Assembly (NCBI RefSeq): GCF_003334315.1
Contig: NZ_QOWR01000012.1
Source of the DNA: Escherichia coli
GTDB lineage: Bacteria > Pseudomonadota > Gammaproteobacteria > Enterobacterales > Enterobacteriaceae
Reading direction: 5' to 3' (one strand)
Length of the DNA stretch: 64,000 bases
Part shown: in pieces, positions 42,247 through 52,655 of the stretch
How the letters are laid out: each line of letters starts with the position of its first letter
How positions within the stretch are numbered: position 1 is the first letter of the stretch
Translations under genes and position numbers: made by a program
Notes under the pieces: generated by a model
What the model was told of the DNA's origin: nothing
The model's input: the letters and a program-made list of their open reading frames with translations, nothing else
Database searches by the model: none

Positions 42247-43167
42247 TTAATTCAGACGAACCGGCATCCCGGAGCGGTTTTTAATCGCTTCATCAAGAAC
42301 AACCTGGTCAACATCTGGCTGACCGGTCACTGTCTGCACGCTCTTCGTCAGGGTAATTGGCACAATTTCCTGACCTTCAAACTGGGCTTCGGTGGTAGAC
42401 AGCGGGTTATGGACTTCAATATAACGGCTGCCGTCTGGCTCGGTGGTCGCTTTTACCGGCTCATCAATAAACTGTACGCGGGTACCGACCGGTACTTTCT
42501 CGAACAGGAATTTGATGTCTTCGTTACGCAGACGCACACAACCATGACTTACACGCAGGCCGATACCGAAGTTGGCGTTGGTGCCATGGATAGCATACAG
42601 GCGACCGATATAGAGTGCATACAGCCCCATCGGGTTATCCGGACCTGCCGGAACGACAGCCGGAAGCGGTTCGCCCGCAGCGCGGTACTCTGCGTGCATT
42701 TTGGCGGTCGGCGTCCAGGTCGGGCCTGCTTTTTTACGCTCAACTTTGGTGGTCCAGTTGATAGGCGTATCTTTGCCTAACTGACCAATGCCGATCGGCA
42801 GCACGATAACGGTGTTGGTCCCTTTCGGATAGTAATAAAGACGCATCTCAGCACTGTTAATGACGATGCCTTCATGAACGGTATCCGGCAGGATCAGCTG
42901 CTGCGGAATGTTCAGTACAGTACCGCCTTTCGGCAGGAAGGTATCCACACCCGGGTTCGCTTCCATCATATTGGAAAGCCCCATCTGGTACTCGGCGGCA
43001 AAATACTCCAGCGGCTGAGTGTTACCTTCAGGAATGGTGATCACCTGATTCTGACCAACCAGGCGACTCCCGTCGGTTGGCAGAGGATAAGTTACCGCAG
43101 AGGCGGTACTGCAAAAGCCGACAACAGCGAAGGCCGCTGCGAATAATGTTTTCAATTTCATATTCAT
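42247..43167 (-). CDS. ldtB: L,D-transpeptidase LdtB (YbiS)
   Basis: 306 aa; signal peptide; YkuD domain with catalytic SHGCVR. Confidence 0.92.
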
Positions 43168-43385
43168 GTTAAGCGAGATTTTGTGCCTGGCAGGCCATTG
43201 GGTTGAGAATATTAGAGTATTGGAAGCGCATTATAAGTTCATTCCAGCTCACAGTGAAATCAGATGTGTACGAAATCACATTTTTTGCCTTTGGCTTGAG
43301 TGTAGACCTTAAGCGAGGAGCAGGATCTTCTTTCAGACTTATGGCATAATGCGCGGTTTGTCATATCTCTTTTCAGGATACGCCT

Positions 43386-44978
43386 GTGTTAGTTTCCAGT
43401 AACGTCACCATGCAGTTCGGCAGTAAGCCGTTGTTTGAAAACATTTCCGTCAAATTTGGCGGCGGCAACCGTTACGGCCTGATTGGCGCGAACGGTAGTG
43501 GTAAATCCACCTTTATGAAGATCCTCGGCGGCGACCTTGAGCCGACGCTGGGTAACGTTTCCCTCGATCCCAACGAGCGCATTGGTAAACTGCGTCAGGA
43601 TCAGTTTGCCTTTGAAGAGTTCACTGTGCTGGATACGGTGATCATGGGGCATAAAGAGTTGTGGGAAGTGAAGCAGGAGCGCGACCGCATCTATGCTTTG
43701 CCGGAAATGAGTGAAGAAGACGGCTATAAAGTGGCCGATCTGGAAGTTAAATACGGCGAAATGGACGGTTACTCTGCGGAAGCTCGCGCCGGTGAACTGT
43801 TGCTTGGCGTGGGAATTCCAGTGGAACAGCACTACGGCCCGATGAGTGAAGTTGCTCCTGGCTGGAAGCTGCGTGTGCTTCTGGCGCAGGCGCTGTTTGC
43901 TGATCCGGATATTCTCCTGCTCGACGAACCGACCAACAACCTCGACATCGACACCATTCGCTGGCTGGAACAGGTGCTGAACGAGCGTGACAGCACCATG
44001 ATCATCATCTCGCACGACCGTCACTTCCTTAACATGGTCTGTACCCACATGGCGGATCTGGATTACGGCGAGCTGCGCGTTTATCCGGGTAACTACGATG
44101 AGTACATGACGGCGGCGACCCAGGCGCGTGAACGTCTGCTGGCCGATAACGCCAAGAAGAAAGCGCAGATTGCTGAGTTGCAATCTTTCGTTAGCCGCTT
44201 TAGCGCCAACGCCTCGAAATCTCGCCAGGCAACTTCGCGCGCGCGCCAGATTGATAAAATCAAACTGGAAGAGGTGAAAGCCTCCAGCCGTCAGAACCCG
44301 TTCATCCGTTTTGAACAGGATAAGAAACTGTTCCGTAACGCGCTGGAAGTGGAAGGTCTGACCAAAGGGTTTGATAACGGTCCGCTGTTTAAAAATCTCA
44401 ACCTGCTGCTGGAAGTGGGTGAAAAACTGGCGGTACTGGGTACCAACGGCGTCGGTAAATCAACGCTGCTGAAAACGCTGGTGGGCGATCTGCAACCGGA
44501 CAGCGGCACCGTAAAATGGTCTGAGAACGCGCGCATTGGTTACTATGCTCAGGACCACGAATATGAGTTTGAAAATGATCTGACCGTGTTCGAATGGATG
44601 AGCCAGTGGAAGCAGGAAGGCGATGACGAGCAGGCGGTACGCAGTATTCTCGGTCGTTTGCTGTTCAGCCAGGACGACATCAAAAAGCCAGCTAAAGTGC
44701 TTTCCGGTGGGGAAAAAGGGCGGATGCTGTTTGGTAAGTTAATGATGCAGAAGCCGAACATTCTGATCATGGACGAACCGACCAACCACCTGGATATGGA
44801 ATCCATTGAGTCGCTGAACATGGCACTGGAACTGTATCAGGGCACGCTGATCTTTGTTTCACACGACCGTGAGTTCGTAAGCTCCCTGGCGACCCGCATT
44901 CTGGAAATCACCCCGGAACGCGTGATCGACTTTAGCGGTAATTACGAAGATTACCTGCGTAGTAAAGGGATCGAGTAA
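43386..44978 (+). CDS. ybiT: ABC-F family ATPase YbiT
   Basis: GTG start; two Walker A motifs ([18 protein letters not shown]); 530 aa; hairpin tcaccccgatactgtcggggtga follows the stop. Confidence 0.92.
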
Positions 44979-45038
44979 GTGATTATCCGTCACCCCGATA
45001 CTGTCGGGGTGACGGCGGCTGATGACAAATGCAAAATA

Positions 45039-45144
45039 GCCTGATGCGCTAGGCTTATCAGGCCTACGCAGTACCTGCAATATATTGAATCTGCAGGACT
45101 TTGTAGGCCGGATAAGGCGTTAACGCCGCATCAGGCATTAACAA
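45039..45144. repeat. REP/BIME cluster downstream of ybiT
   Basis: gcctgatgcgctaggcttatcaggcctac ... gtaggccggataaggcgttaacgccgcatcaggca. Confidence 0.85.
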
Positions 45145-45218
45145 AGCGCATTTGTCAGCAATCTGAGTAACGTCGAATCGATTTTCTTAATCCCACATCA
45201 ATTCACTTCCATTAATTC

Positions 45219-46484
45219 TCAAACATCCATGCCCAACGCTCGCTTACCGTGAATGTTGAGGTCGGCAAGCGTAAAGCGTCCTTCCCAGTTTGTTTCATAG
45301 TCCTCGCGCGGGAAGTCGCCCGGCGATGCGCCTTTTTCCAGTGCGGCCTTCACCTTGTGCGCGTAGGCAAGATTTTTCTCGCACATCGGTGCCGCAGGAA
45401 TGTACATCACGTTGCCCCAACCTTGTTGATTTTCAACGGGGGCAACGGAATGGATGACGTCGCAGTGCCACCAGACGGAGTCTCCGGCTTCGAGTTTTGG
45501 AATGCTGGTTAACGCCTCAATCAACAGTGGATGCCATTGCTCTGATACCGGCAATACTCTTCCGGGCGCTACGCCGCACAGTTCATCCTCCGGCACATCA
45601 TCAAGCAGCGGACGTAACAGTACGTACGCCATAGCTTCAGGAATGGGCACGACGTGCAGCAGCCCCTGACAAGGCAGCATATCAGAGAGCGCTGTCCAGC
45701 CCTGGAATGTCCGAAACACGGAACATTTGGTGGTGTTGTCCACCGTGTACTCTTCAACTTCCGTACGATGTGCCGCATGCCAGGGATCATATTGCGCCAG
45801 ATTGCCATTAAAGACGTTGACGAAAACGCGCTGATACGCTGGAAGCAGCCAGCGTTCCAGTGCCCCGGAGTCGGTATGCGCTCCAAGACCTTTGGAGGTC
45901 GTTCCGGGCGGACGGCGGCGGATACGGTCAGGGTAGATGACGCTCACATCCGGGTTAAACCATTGCTTTCCATCACTTTCAAATGTCCACAGACGATTGA
46001 GAAACGACTGCGCATTCGCCATTTCTTCACTCTGGCGGGCCTGCATTTGCGCCTGCGACCAGTAGATGGGGTAAATCTCGGGACGTGAAGCGCTGAGCGT
46101 CCCGAAGAAATTATCGCCGGGGCCTTTGTAGACCTCGTCAAAGCGGTTGCGGTCCAGATAGTCCAGCATCGACTGATCCCAGCCTAGCGCTTGTTCGCGG
46201 GGGAAATGGCCTTTTATCACCGCACAACCGCGACGTTTAATCTGTTCGCGCTGCTCTGCAGTAACATGACCTGCTTTGATATCGGCATAAGACAGCACCG
46301 GCCAGACGGCATCGCCCTGTGCTTTGAGTGCGTTGATTTCAGCCACTCGCGTGGCAATGTCATCGCTTAGCTGATTAAAGATCTGCTGGACGTCGCCAAG
46401 CTGCGCCCGCAGCGCGTGCTTCATCTGACGGATAGCTGCTTTGTGATCGGCAGGCAATGTGTCGCTGGTAAAAGTAGAAGCCAT
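45219..46484 (-). CDS. ybiU: DUF1479 family protein YbiU
   Basis: Start MASTFTSDTLPADHK (421 aa). Confidence 0.88.
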   Translation of the reverse strand: MASTFTSDTLPADHKAAIRQMKHALRAQLGDVQQIFNQLSDDIATRVAEINALKAQGDAVWPVLSYADIKAGHVTAEQREQIKRRGCAVIKGHFPREQALGWDQSMLDYLDRNRFDEVYKGPGDNFFGTLSASRPEIYPIYWSQAQMQARQSEEMANAQSFLNRLWTFESDGKQWFNPDVSVIYPDRIRRRPPGTTSKGLGAHTDSGALERWLLPAYQRVFVNVFNGNLAQYDPWHAAHRTEVEEYTVDNTTKCSVFRTFQGWTALSDMLPCQGLLHVVPIPEAMAYVLLRPLLDDVPEDELCGVAPGRVLPVSEQWHPLLIEALTSIPKLEAGDSVWWHCDVIHSVAPVENQQGWGNVMYIPAAPMCEKNLAYAHKVKAALEKGASPGDFPREDYETNWEGRFTLADLNIHGKRALGMDV

Positions 46485-46499
46485 AACCACCTCTCATTA

Positions 46500-46513
46500 A
46501 CTTTCATTCGAAA
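46500..46513 (-). promoter_or_regulatory. Copy A of the 14-bp motif TTTCGAATGAAAGT, 16 nt upstream of the ybiU ATG
   Basis: Plus strand actttcattcgaaa is the reverse complement of TTTCGAATGAAAGT; followed on the ybiU strand by SD gagaggtgg. Confidence 0.6.
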
Positions 46514-46635
46514 CCATTCTGATTTGCATGTGACAATATAAGTTATAAATAAGTTAATGCAAGTTTAATGATTTGATGTGATGTACAGGATGTAAAAAGA
46601 AGGGAAAACCGGAGCGCACGGCTCCGGTAGAGAGG

Positions 46636-47451
46636 TCAGCTGTTAAAAGGGGATGTGTTATCCAGCACCGCCTGAATCACATTCAGCGCGCCTTCATGAT
46701 TATTATCATCGGTAGCGTAACGGGCGATTTGTTTAATGTTTTCCGCAGCATTGCCCATCGCAAAGGAATAACGCGCCATTTTCAGCATCTCCGCATCGTT
46801 ACCGCTGTCGCCAATCGCTACCACATTTTGCGGTGACAGATCCCAGCGTTTCAGTAACCGCGAAATACCGTTTGCTTTATGTAGACCGGGAATAATCAGG
46901 TCGATAAAGCCAAAACCACTGGTGACGGGTTTCATAATGCCATCGAGCGCTAGGTGCAGTTTGTCGATCACTAACGGGATTTGTTCATCCGGCAGGTTGA
47001 GCGAAAACTTGAACAGTACGTCGTCAATCTCCTGATAATCTTTTACAGGTTTCAGGCGATGGTAGTGTTTTGCCATCAGTGCGACAAATGCTTCGGGGGC
47101 ATTTTCGCTGACATATGCACTTTGCAGACCGCAGGCGACAAAATTGAGTTGCTTATCTTTTAGCAACTCGCCAATAACAATCCGCGATTCATGTCGGGTC
47201 AGTTCGCCGTGGAACAGTTGCTTGCCATGTTCGTAAACCAGCGCGCCGTTTTCCGCGACAAAAGAGATCTCATCTTTTAGCTCAGGAAAGAACGAAATAA
47301 GCTGGTAATACTGATTACCGCTGGCGACAACGAACTCAATGCCGCGCTTTTTCAGTTCCTGATATTGCGCCATAAAACGTGGTTGGTTGTACGTTTTGGC
47401 GTCGTTAAGAAAAGTACCGTCCATGTCTGTGACGATAACTTTTACGCTCAT
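46636..47451 (-). CDS. ybiV: HAD-family sugar phosphatase YbiV
   Basis: 271 aa; N-terminal DxDGT (VTDMDGTFL) motif. Confidence 0.9.
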   Translation of the reverse strand: MSVKVIVTDMDGTFLNDAKTYNQPRFMAQYQELKKRGIEFVVASGNQYYQLISFFPELKDEISFVAENGALVYEHGKQLFHGELTRHESRIVIGELLKDKQLNFVACGLQSAYVSENAPEAFVALMAKHYHRLKPVKDYQEIDDVLFKFSLNLPDEQIPLVIDKLHLALDGIMKPVTSGFGFIDLIIPGLHKANGISRLLKRWDLSPQNVVAIGDSGNDAEMLKMARYSFAMGNAAENIKQIARYATDDNNHEGALNVIQAVLDNTSPFNS

Positions 47452-47521
47452 AGATGTGCTCCTGGCTCGAAAATGAAACCGTAACAGTGTAATAACAATG
47501 TGACACAGAGCACAAATTATA

Positions 47522-47535
47522 TTTCGAATGAAAGT
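47522..47535 (+). promoter_or_regulatory. Copy B of the 14-bp motif TTTCGAATGAAAGT, in the ybiW-ybiV intergenic region
   Basis: Exact 14-mer; about 70 nt upstream of the ybiV start; a CRP-like TGTGAcacagaGCACA lies at 47499-47514. Confidence 0.6.
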
Positions 47536-47596
47536 AGGGGTGGAATTGATGATGTGAATGATTTGGCCCGGCGACGCCGCCGCCGGGCCGAGGAGA

Positions 47597-50029
47597 TTAC
47601 AGCATATGTTCAGTACGGGCGATGATATCGTCCTGAGCGTCTGGAGAGAGCGCGGTGAAGAAGGCGGAATAGCCCGCGACGCGCACTACCAGATCGCGAT
47701 ACTGATCGGGATGTTTTTTCGCCTCCAGCAGCGTCTCGCGGGAAACGATGTTGTACTGAATATGCCAGCCTTTATGCACTTCAAAGAAGGTACGCAGCAG
47801 GATCATCAGTTTCTGCTTGTCAGATTCGTTCTCCAGCGTTGCCGGATTCAGTTTCTGGTTGAGCAACACGCCGCCGAGAATCGCTGCCGTAGGCAGTTTA
47901 CCCACTGAGCCAATGACCGCAGTAGGGCCAAGATGGTCAGTACCGGAAGCCGGACTTGCGCCTTCTGCCAGCGGGGTGTGGGCTTTACGCCCGTCCGGTG
48001 TTGCCATAGTCTGCGCGCCAAACGGTACGTTAGCGGAGATAGACGACGTACCCGCGTAATAGTTGCCGCCAACCGGACCACGACCATAGCGTGGGTTATG
48101 GTACTGTTTCAGTTCGTCGATATAGGTCTGATAAGCGCGAGCCAGCAGCGTATCGACGGTATCATCGTCGTTGCCGTACTTCGGCGCACCGTTAATCAGC
48201 CGCTGACGCAGTTGCTCATGAGTCAGGCCATCGAAGTCATCCGCCAGTGCGGCAGCCAGCTGTTGCTGACCAATCGCACCCTGTTCAAACACCAGTTTCT
48301 TCACTGCCGCCAGGCTGTTGCCGAGGTTGGCAATGCCAACCTGCAGGCCAGAAACCCAGTCATATTTCGCGCCGCCTTGCTTGATACTTTTCGCTCGCTC
48401 AATACAGTCATCCACCAGCGCCGAGCAGAGAATATCGTGTACGTTCTCTTCCAGCATGGTGTCGACGACATATTCGATTTCGATTGATTTACGCGTGTAA
48501 TAACGGATTTGCGTATCCCACGCGTCCATTACTTCATCGAAATTGTTAAAGTTGCCTGCCGACAACGCTTTTTCTTGTGGCAGGAACACTTTGCCGCTGG
48601 TGGCATCACGCCCGCCTTCCAGCGCCGCCAGCATCACGCGGGCGAAGTTGATAAAGCTCATGCCGGTACAGCGATAGCCCCATTTGCCACCGACGGCGGT
48701 TTCGATACAACCAATCGCTGCGTAGTCGTAAGCGTCCTGCGGTTCAATACCGAGTTTAATAAATTCCGGGATCACGATTTCGTCGTTGTTGAACGCCGGC
48801 ATCCCGAAGCCGCAACGGATCACCTGTACGCAGGCGTCGAGGAAATCATTACTCATTCCTGCATGGTAACGCACGCTGAGGTTAGGCTGAGTGGAACGCA
48901 GGCGACCGCAGGATTCGAGGATCGCGTAAGAGAGGGGATTCACTGCATCCATTGGTTGACCATCAACCAGATTTTGTCCGCCAATGGTAACGTTCTGATA
49001 CAGCGGACTTCCCGCAGAGGCTTTTGAGTGTGAGCCGGAGCGGATCTTGTTCACTTCCAGCAGTTTCAGCCAGCAGCTATGCAGCATCTCGATGGCGTGT
49101 TCGCGATCCAGCGTCTGGTTGAGTTCAACGTCGCGGCGATAGTACGGGTAGAGATACTGGTCCATACGACCAAACGATACCGAGTGACCGTTAGATTCGA
49201 TCTGCAAAATCAATTGGATGAAGTAACACAGTTGCAGCGCCTGCCAGAAAGTCTGCGGCGGCTGGTGGGCGATAAGATCGCAGTTTTCTGCCATCGTCAG
49301 CAGTTCATCGCGACGGCTTTCGCGAGTTTCGGTAGCAGCCATTTCACGCGCCAGGGCAGCGAAACGTTCAATGTGTTCACTGACTGCCACCAGCACGATA
49401 TCAATCGCTTTCAGGAATTGTTCGCCATGTAAATCTTCCAGCACCGTCAGATTGATGCGCGAGCGACGTTCCGCTACTTTCTCACGCAGACCATCAAGAC
49501 CTTTTTCCAGCAGCAGCGGGAAATTCACCGCCAGGTGCGCATCGCCGGAGGTCATATTGCCTTCCGCTTTAATGATTCCGGTCGCCAGCAGACCTTTTTG
49601 CTCATCGGTAAACATGCCGTAGCAGCGATCCTGTACGGTCTGACCGCGCCACCACGGGCACACTTCATGCAGAACGCGTTTGTTCTCTTCGCTCACCGCA
49701 AAGCCAGCACCGGGACGATCTGCCAGATCATCAATCTCTTTTTCGATCCACGAGACAGTATATTCCGGGAAGATCGGCGCGGCGCGAACTTCGCTTGCCT
49801 GGTTGCCAATGATCAACTCATCGTGTTTGATCCAGATGGTGCGATTCGCCAGGTGATGCGCCAGTGCCAGCGCGCGACGTACCGGGATCGGCTTATCGAG
49901 ATGTTGTTGATACATCTCGGTATAGTGCTGCGCGCGCTCGGTACAGACTGGCGGTTTCACAATATGCACCAGCGCATTTTTGTGCGCTTTAATGCGGTCG
50001 CTGAGCGTGTCCAGTTTCAGTGTGGTCAT
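47597..50029 (-). CDS. ybiW: Glycyl-radical enzyme (pyruvate formate-lyase-like) YbiW
   Basis: 810 aa; C-terminal glycyl-radical signature RVAGYSAFF. Confidence 0.92.
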   Translation of the reverse strand: MTTLKLDTLSDRIKAHKNALVHIVKPPVCTERAQHYTEMYQQHLDKPIPVRRALALAHHLANRTIWIKHDELIIGNQASEVRAAPIFPEYTVSWIEKEIDDLADRPGAGFAVSEENKRVLHEVCPWWRGQTVQDRCYGMFTDEQKGLLATGIIKAEGNMTSGDAHLAVNFPLLLEKGLDGLREKVAERRSRINLTVLEDLHGEQFLKAIDIVLVAVSEHIERFAALAREMAATETRESRRDELLTMAENCDLIAHQPPQTFWQALQLCYFIQLILQIESNGHSVSFGRMDQYLYPYYRRDVELNQTLDREHAIEMLHSCWLKLLEVNKIRSGSHSKASAGSPLYQNVTIGGQNLVDGQPMDAVNPLSYAILESCGRLRSTQPNLSVRYHAGMSNDFLDACVQVIRCGFGMPAFNNDEIVIPEFIKLGIEPQDAYDYAAIGCIETAVGGKWGYRCTGMSFINFARVMLAALEGGRDATSGKVFLPQEKALSAGNFNNFDEVMDAWDTQIRYYTRKSIEIEYVVDTMLEENVHDILCSALVDDCIERAKSIKQGGAKYDWVSGLQVGIANLGNSLAAVKKLVFEQGAIGQQQLAAALADDFDGLTHEQLRQRLINGAPKYGNDDDTVDTLLARAYQTYIDELKQYHNPRYGRGPVGGNYYAGTSSISANVPFGAQTMATPDGRKAHTPLAEGASPASGTDHLGPTAVIGSVGKLPTAAILGGVLLNQKLNPATLENESDKQKLMILLRTFFEVHKGWHIQYNIVSRETLLEAKKHPDQYRDLVVRVAGYSAFFTALSPDAQDDIIARTEHML

Positions 50030-50034
50030 GGTTG

Positions 50035-50934
50035 TTATCCTCGTAAGGTCGCGGTTAACCCTTTCTGGCAGGCATACTGCTGGGCAAAGTCGAGCAGTTC
50101 TGGCGCATCAAGCGGTTTTTCCGGGGCGTCATAGGGCAGATTAAGTAAGTGATATTTGTTGATGCCCAGCGTGTGGTAGGGCAGAAAATGAATTTCGCCA
50201 ACGTGCAGCTCGTCGGCGGCAAAATCGGTAATGGCTTTTACAGAGGTTTCGTCGGCATTAAAGCCCTGAATCAGCGGCACGCGGATAATGATTTTTTTGC
50301 CCGCTGCGGCGAGTTTTTTCAGGTTATCCAGCACTCTGGCGGCGTTACCGTCGGTCCACTGTTTAAACGGCGCGTCGGCAACGTGTTTTAAATCGGCAAG
50401 AAACAGATCGATATAGGGCAGAGAAGGGGCGATATATTTCCACGGCACATGCAGACAGGTTTCTACCGCAGTATGAATGCCTGCCTCGTGGCTGGCTTGC
50501 AGTAGCGCCATCGCCATTTCCGGCTGCATAAAGGGCTCACCACCCGAAAGCGTTAAACCGCCGCCGCTGCGATCGTAAAACGGTTTATCGCGCAGAACGG
50601 TCGTCATGATCTCCTCAACGCTTTTCACTTCACCACACACGGTTAATGCCTGTGTCGGACAGCAGTCGGTTAACGCCGTCAGATGCTCCGGGGTTAACTT
50701 TTCCCGATGAATAAGCAAACCATTCAGCGCGCGCTCAATCACTTCCGACGCGGCCTTAGCGCACAGCTCGCAGCCTTCCAGACACAGTCGTGCGTCATAC
50801 AGCAGATCCTGCGTGCGGGCGCGGCTTTCCGGGTTCTGACACCAGCGGCAGCCCAGCGAACAGCCTTTAAGAAATACGACCGTGCGGATACCGGGGCCAT
50901 CATGGGTCGAGTAGCGCTGAATATTGAAAATCAT
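50035..50934 (-). CDS. ybiY: Glycyl-radical enzyme activating protein YbiY (radical SAM)
   Basis: CxxxCxxC (CSLGCRWC) near the N-terminus; start taken at [10 protein letters not shown] (299 aa); the ORF extends to 50961 if the upstream ATG is used. Confidence 0.88.
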   Translation of the reverse strand: MIFNIQRYSTHDGPGIRTVVFLKGCSLGCRWCQNPESRARTQDLLYDARLCLEGCELCAKAASEVIERALNGLLIHREKLTPEHLTALTDCCPTQALTVCGEVKSVEEIMTTVLRDKPFYDRSGGGLTLSGGEPFMQPEMAMALLQASHEAGIHTAVETCLHVPWKYIAPSLPYIDLFLADLKHVADAPFKQWTDGNAARVLDNLKKLAAAGKKIIIRVPLIQGFNADETSVKAITDFAADELHVGEIHFLPYHTLGINKYHLLNLPYDAPEKPLDAPELLDFAQQYACQKGLTATLRG

Positions 50935-50969
50935 AGTTGCCTCTCTGTTTCGTTCAAACATTAAAATAC

Positions 50970-50983
50970 TTTCGAATGAAAGT
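50970..50983 (+). promoter_or_regulatory. Copy C of the 14-bp motif TTTCGAATGAAAGT, in the ybiY-fsaA divergent region
   Basis: Exact 14-mer; here it is a perfect palindrome in context (ACTTTCgaatGAAAGT). Confidence 0.6.
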
Positions 50984-50987
50984 TAGA

Positions 50988-51001
50988 TTGATGTGCGTCA
51001 A
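50988..51001. promoter_or_regulatory. FNR-like box (TTGATgtgcGTCAA) in the ybiY-fsaA intergenic region
   Basis: One mismatch to TTGAT-N4-ATCAA; centred about 41 bp upstream of a plausible ybiY transcription start. Confidence 0.45.
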
Positions 51002-51064
51002 CTGTTCAGAGAGTTTTCCCGTGATAGTCTACATTCAGACAAAAAGTACATTTTGAGGATGGTT

Positions 51065-51727
51065 ATGGAACTGTATCTGGATACTTCAGACGTTGTTGCG
51101 GTGAAGGCGCTGTCACGTATTTTTCCGCTGGCGGGTGTGACCACTAACCCAAGCATTATCGCCGCGGGTAAAAAACCGCTGGATGTTGTGCTTCCGCAAC
51201 TTCATGAAGCGATGGGCGGTCAGGGGCGTCTGTTTGCCCAGGTAATGGCTACCACTGCTGAAGGGATGGTGAATGACGCACGTAAATTGCGTTCTATTAT
51301 TGCGGATATCGTGGTGAAAGTTCCGGTGACCGCCGAGGGGCTGGCAGCTATTAAGATGTTAAAAGCGGAAGGGATTCCAACGCTGGGAACCGCGGTATAT
51401 GGCGCAGCACAAGGGCTGCTGTCGGCGCTGGCAGGTGCGGAATATGTTGCGCCTTACGTTAATCGTATTGATGCTCAGGGCGGTAGCGGCATTCAGACTG
51501 TGACCGACTTACACCAGTTATTGAAAATGCATGCGCCGCAGGCGAAAGTGCTGGCAGCGAGTTTCAAAACCCCGCGTCAGGCGCTGGACTGCTTACTGGC
51601 AGGATGTGAATCAATTACGCTGCCACTGGATGTGGCACAACAGATGATTAGCTATCCGGCGGTGGAAGCCGCTGTGGCGAAGTTTGAACAGGACTGGCTG
51701 GGAGCGTTTGGCAGAACGTCGATTTAA
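51065..51727 (+). CDS. fsaA: Fructose-6-phosphate aldolase 1 (FsaA)
   Basis: Start [20 protein letters not shown] (220 aa); transaldolase-like fold. Confidence 0.92.
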   Translation: MELYLDTSDVVAVKALSRIFPLAGVTTNPSIIAAGKKPLDVVLPQLHEAMGGQGRLFAQVMATTAEGMVNDARKLRSIIADIVVKVPVTAEGLAAIKMLKAEGIPTLGTAVYGAAQGLLSALAGAEYVAPYVNRIDAQGGSGIQTVTDLHQLLKMHAPQAKVLAASFKTPRQALDCLLAGCESITLPLDVAQQMISYPAVEAAVAKFEQDWLGAFGRTSI

Positions 51728-51812
51728 CCGGACGTTCTGCATCCTCATAAATTGCTGATGACGTGGCGGAGTGCACCGATGCCTGCCGCGCTTGGAAATC
51801 TGTGCCCGAACC

Positions 51813-51895
51813 GTAGGCCAGATAAGGCGTTCACGCCGCATCTGGCGTCTGGAGCAAATGCCTGATGCGACGCTTGTCGCGTCTTATCAGGCCTG
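51813..51895. repeat. REP/BIME cluster downstream of fsaA
   Basis: gtaggccagataaggcgttcacgccgcatctggc ... gcctgatgcgacgcttgtcgcgtcttatcaggcc. Confidence 0.8.
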
Positions 51896-51905
51896 AAGGT
51901 GGCAA

Positions 51906-52655
51906 TTACTGCCCGCACACCTCACACCCCGGATTGCGCATCAGTTTCATTTCGCGAAACTGACAGGTCATCGCATCGTACATGACGATTTTCCCGCTGG
52001 CCGGTTTGCCATAACCTGCCAGCAGTTTGATCGCTTCCATTGCCTGCAACGAACCAATTACGCCGATCAACGGTGCCATCACGCCTGCTTCTACGCAGGT
52101 TAATGCGTTCTCGCCAAACAAACGGCTAAGGCAGCGATAGCACGGTTCGCCGTCCTGATAAGTGAAGACCGTGATTTGCCCTTCCATACGAATTGCCGCG
52201 CCGGAAACCAGCGGCACCTTCGCGGCAAAACAGCCTGCGTTCAGTTGATTACGTACCGCAACGTTATCCGTACAGTCGAGCACCAGATCGTGTTCAGCAA
52301 TCAATGCTGCAAGTTCTGCGTCATCTAGCAGTGCATTGACTGGCGTAATCGCGATATGTGGGTTGATCCGCGTCAGGGCGTAACGGGCGGATTCCACCTT
52401 CGGTTGCCCGACCGTGGCATCACTGTGCAGTGTCTGGCGTTGCAGATTCGAGAGCGAAACCGTGTCGAAGTCGAGCAGCGTCAGGTTGCCGACACCGGCG
52501 CTTGCCAGATACTGCGAAGCTGCGCAGCCGAGTCCACCGAGGCCGACTACCAGCACACGAGAATCTTTTAGCGCCTCCTGACCGTCAAAATCAAAACCGC
52601 GCAGAATGATTTGCCGGTTGTAGCGCAGCATCTCCTGATCGCTGAGTTCCGCCAT
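51906..52655 (-). CDS. moeB: Molybdopterin-synthase adenylyltransferase MoeB
   Basis: 249 aa; ThiF/MoeB fold with GxGxxG; C-terminal CxxC pair. Confidence 0.95.
   Translation of the reverse strand: MAELSDQEMLRYNRQIILRGFDFDGQEALKDSRVLVVGLGGLGCAASQYLASAGVGNLTLLDFDTVSLSNLQRQTLHSDATVGQPKVESARYALTRINPHIAITPVNALLDDAELAALIAEHDLVLDCTDNVAVRNQLNAGCFAAKVPLVSGAAIRMEGQITVFTYQDGEPCYRCLSRLFGENALTCVEAGVMAPLIGVIGSLQAMEAIKLLAGYGKPASGKIVMYDAMTCQFREMKLMRNPGCEVCGQ

Noticed and set aside
47549-47908. Possible plus-strand gene starting after motif copy B (SD-like aggggtgg followed by ATG)
   Set aside because: The first ATG gives only M-M-stop, and the 116-aa ORF from 47558 is antisense to the ybiW 3' end. The SD-like sequence is more likely part of the shared regulatory block than a real start.
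50993-51064. Extended fsaA start at GTG 50993 (244-aa ORF)
   Set aside because: The extension would read through the FNR-like box and promoter region; the ATG at 51065 gives the recognised 220-aa protein [11 protein letters not shown].
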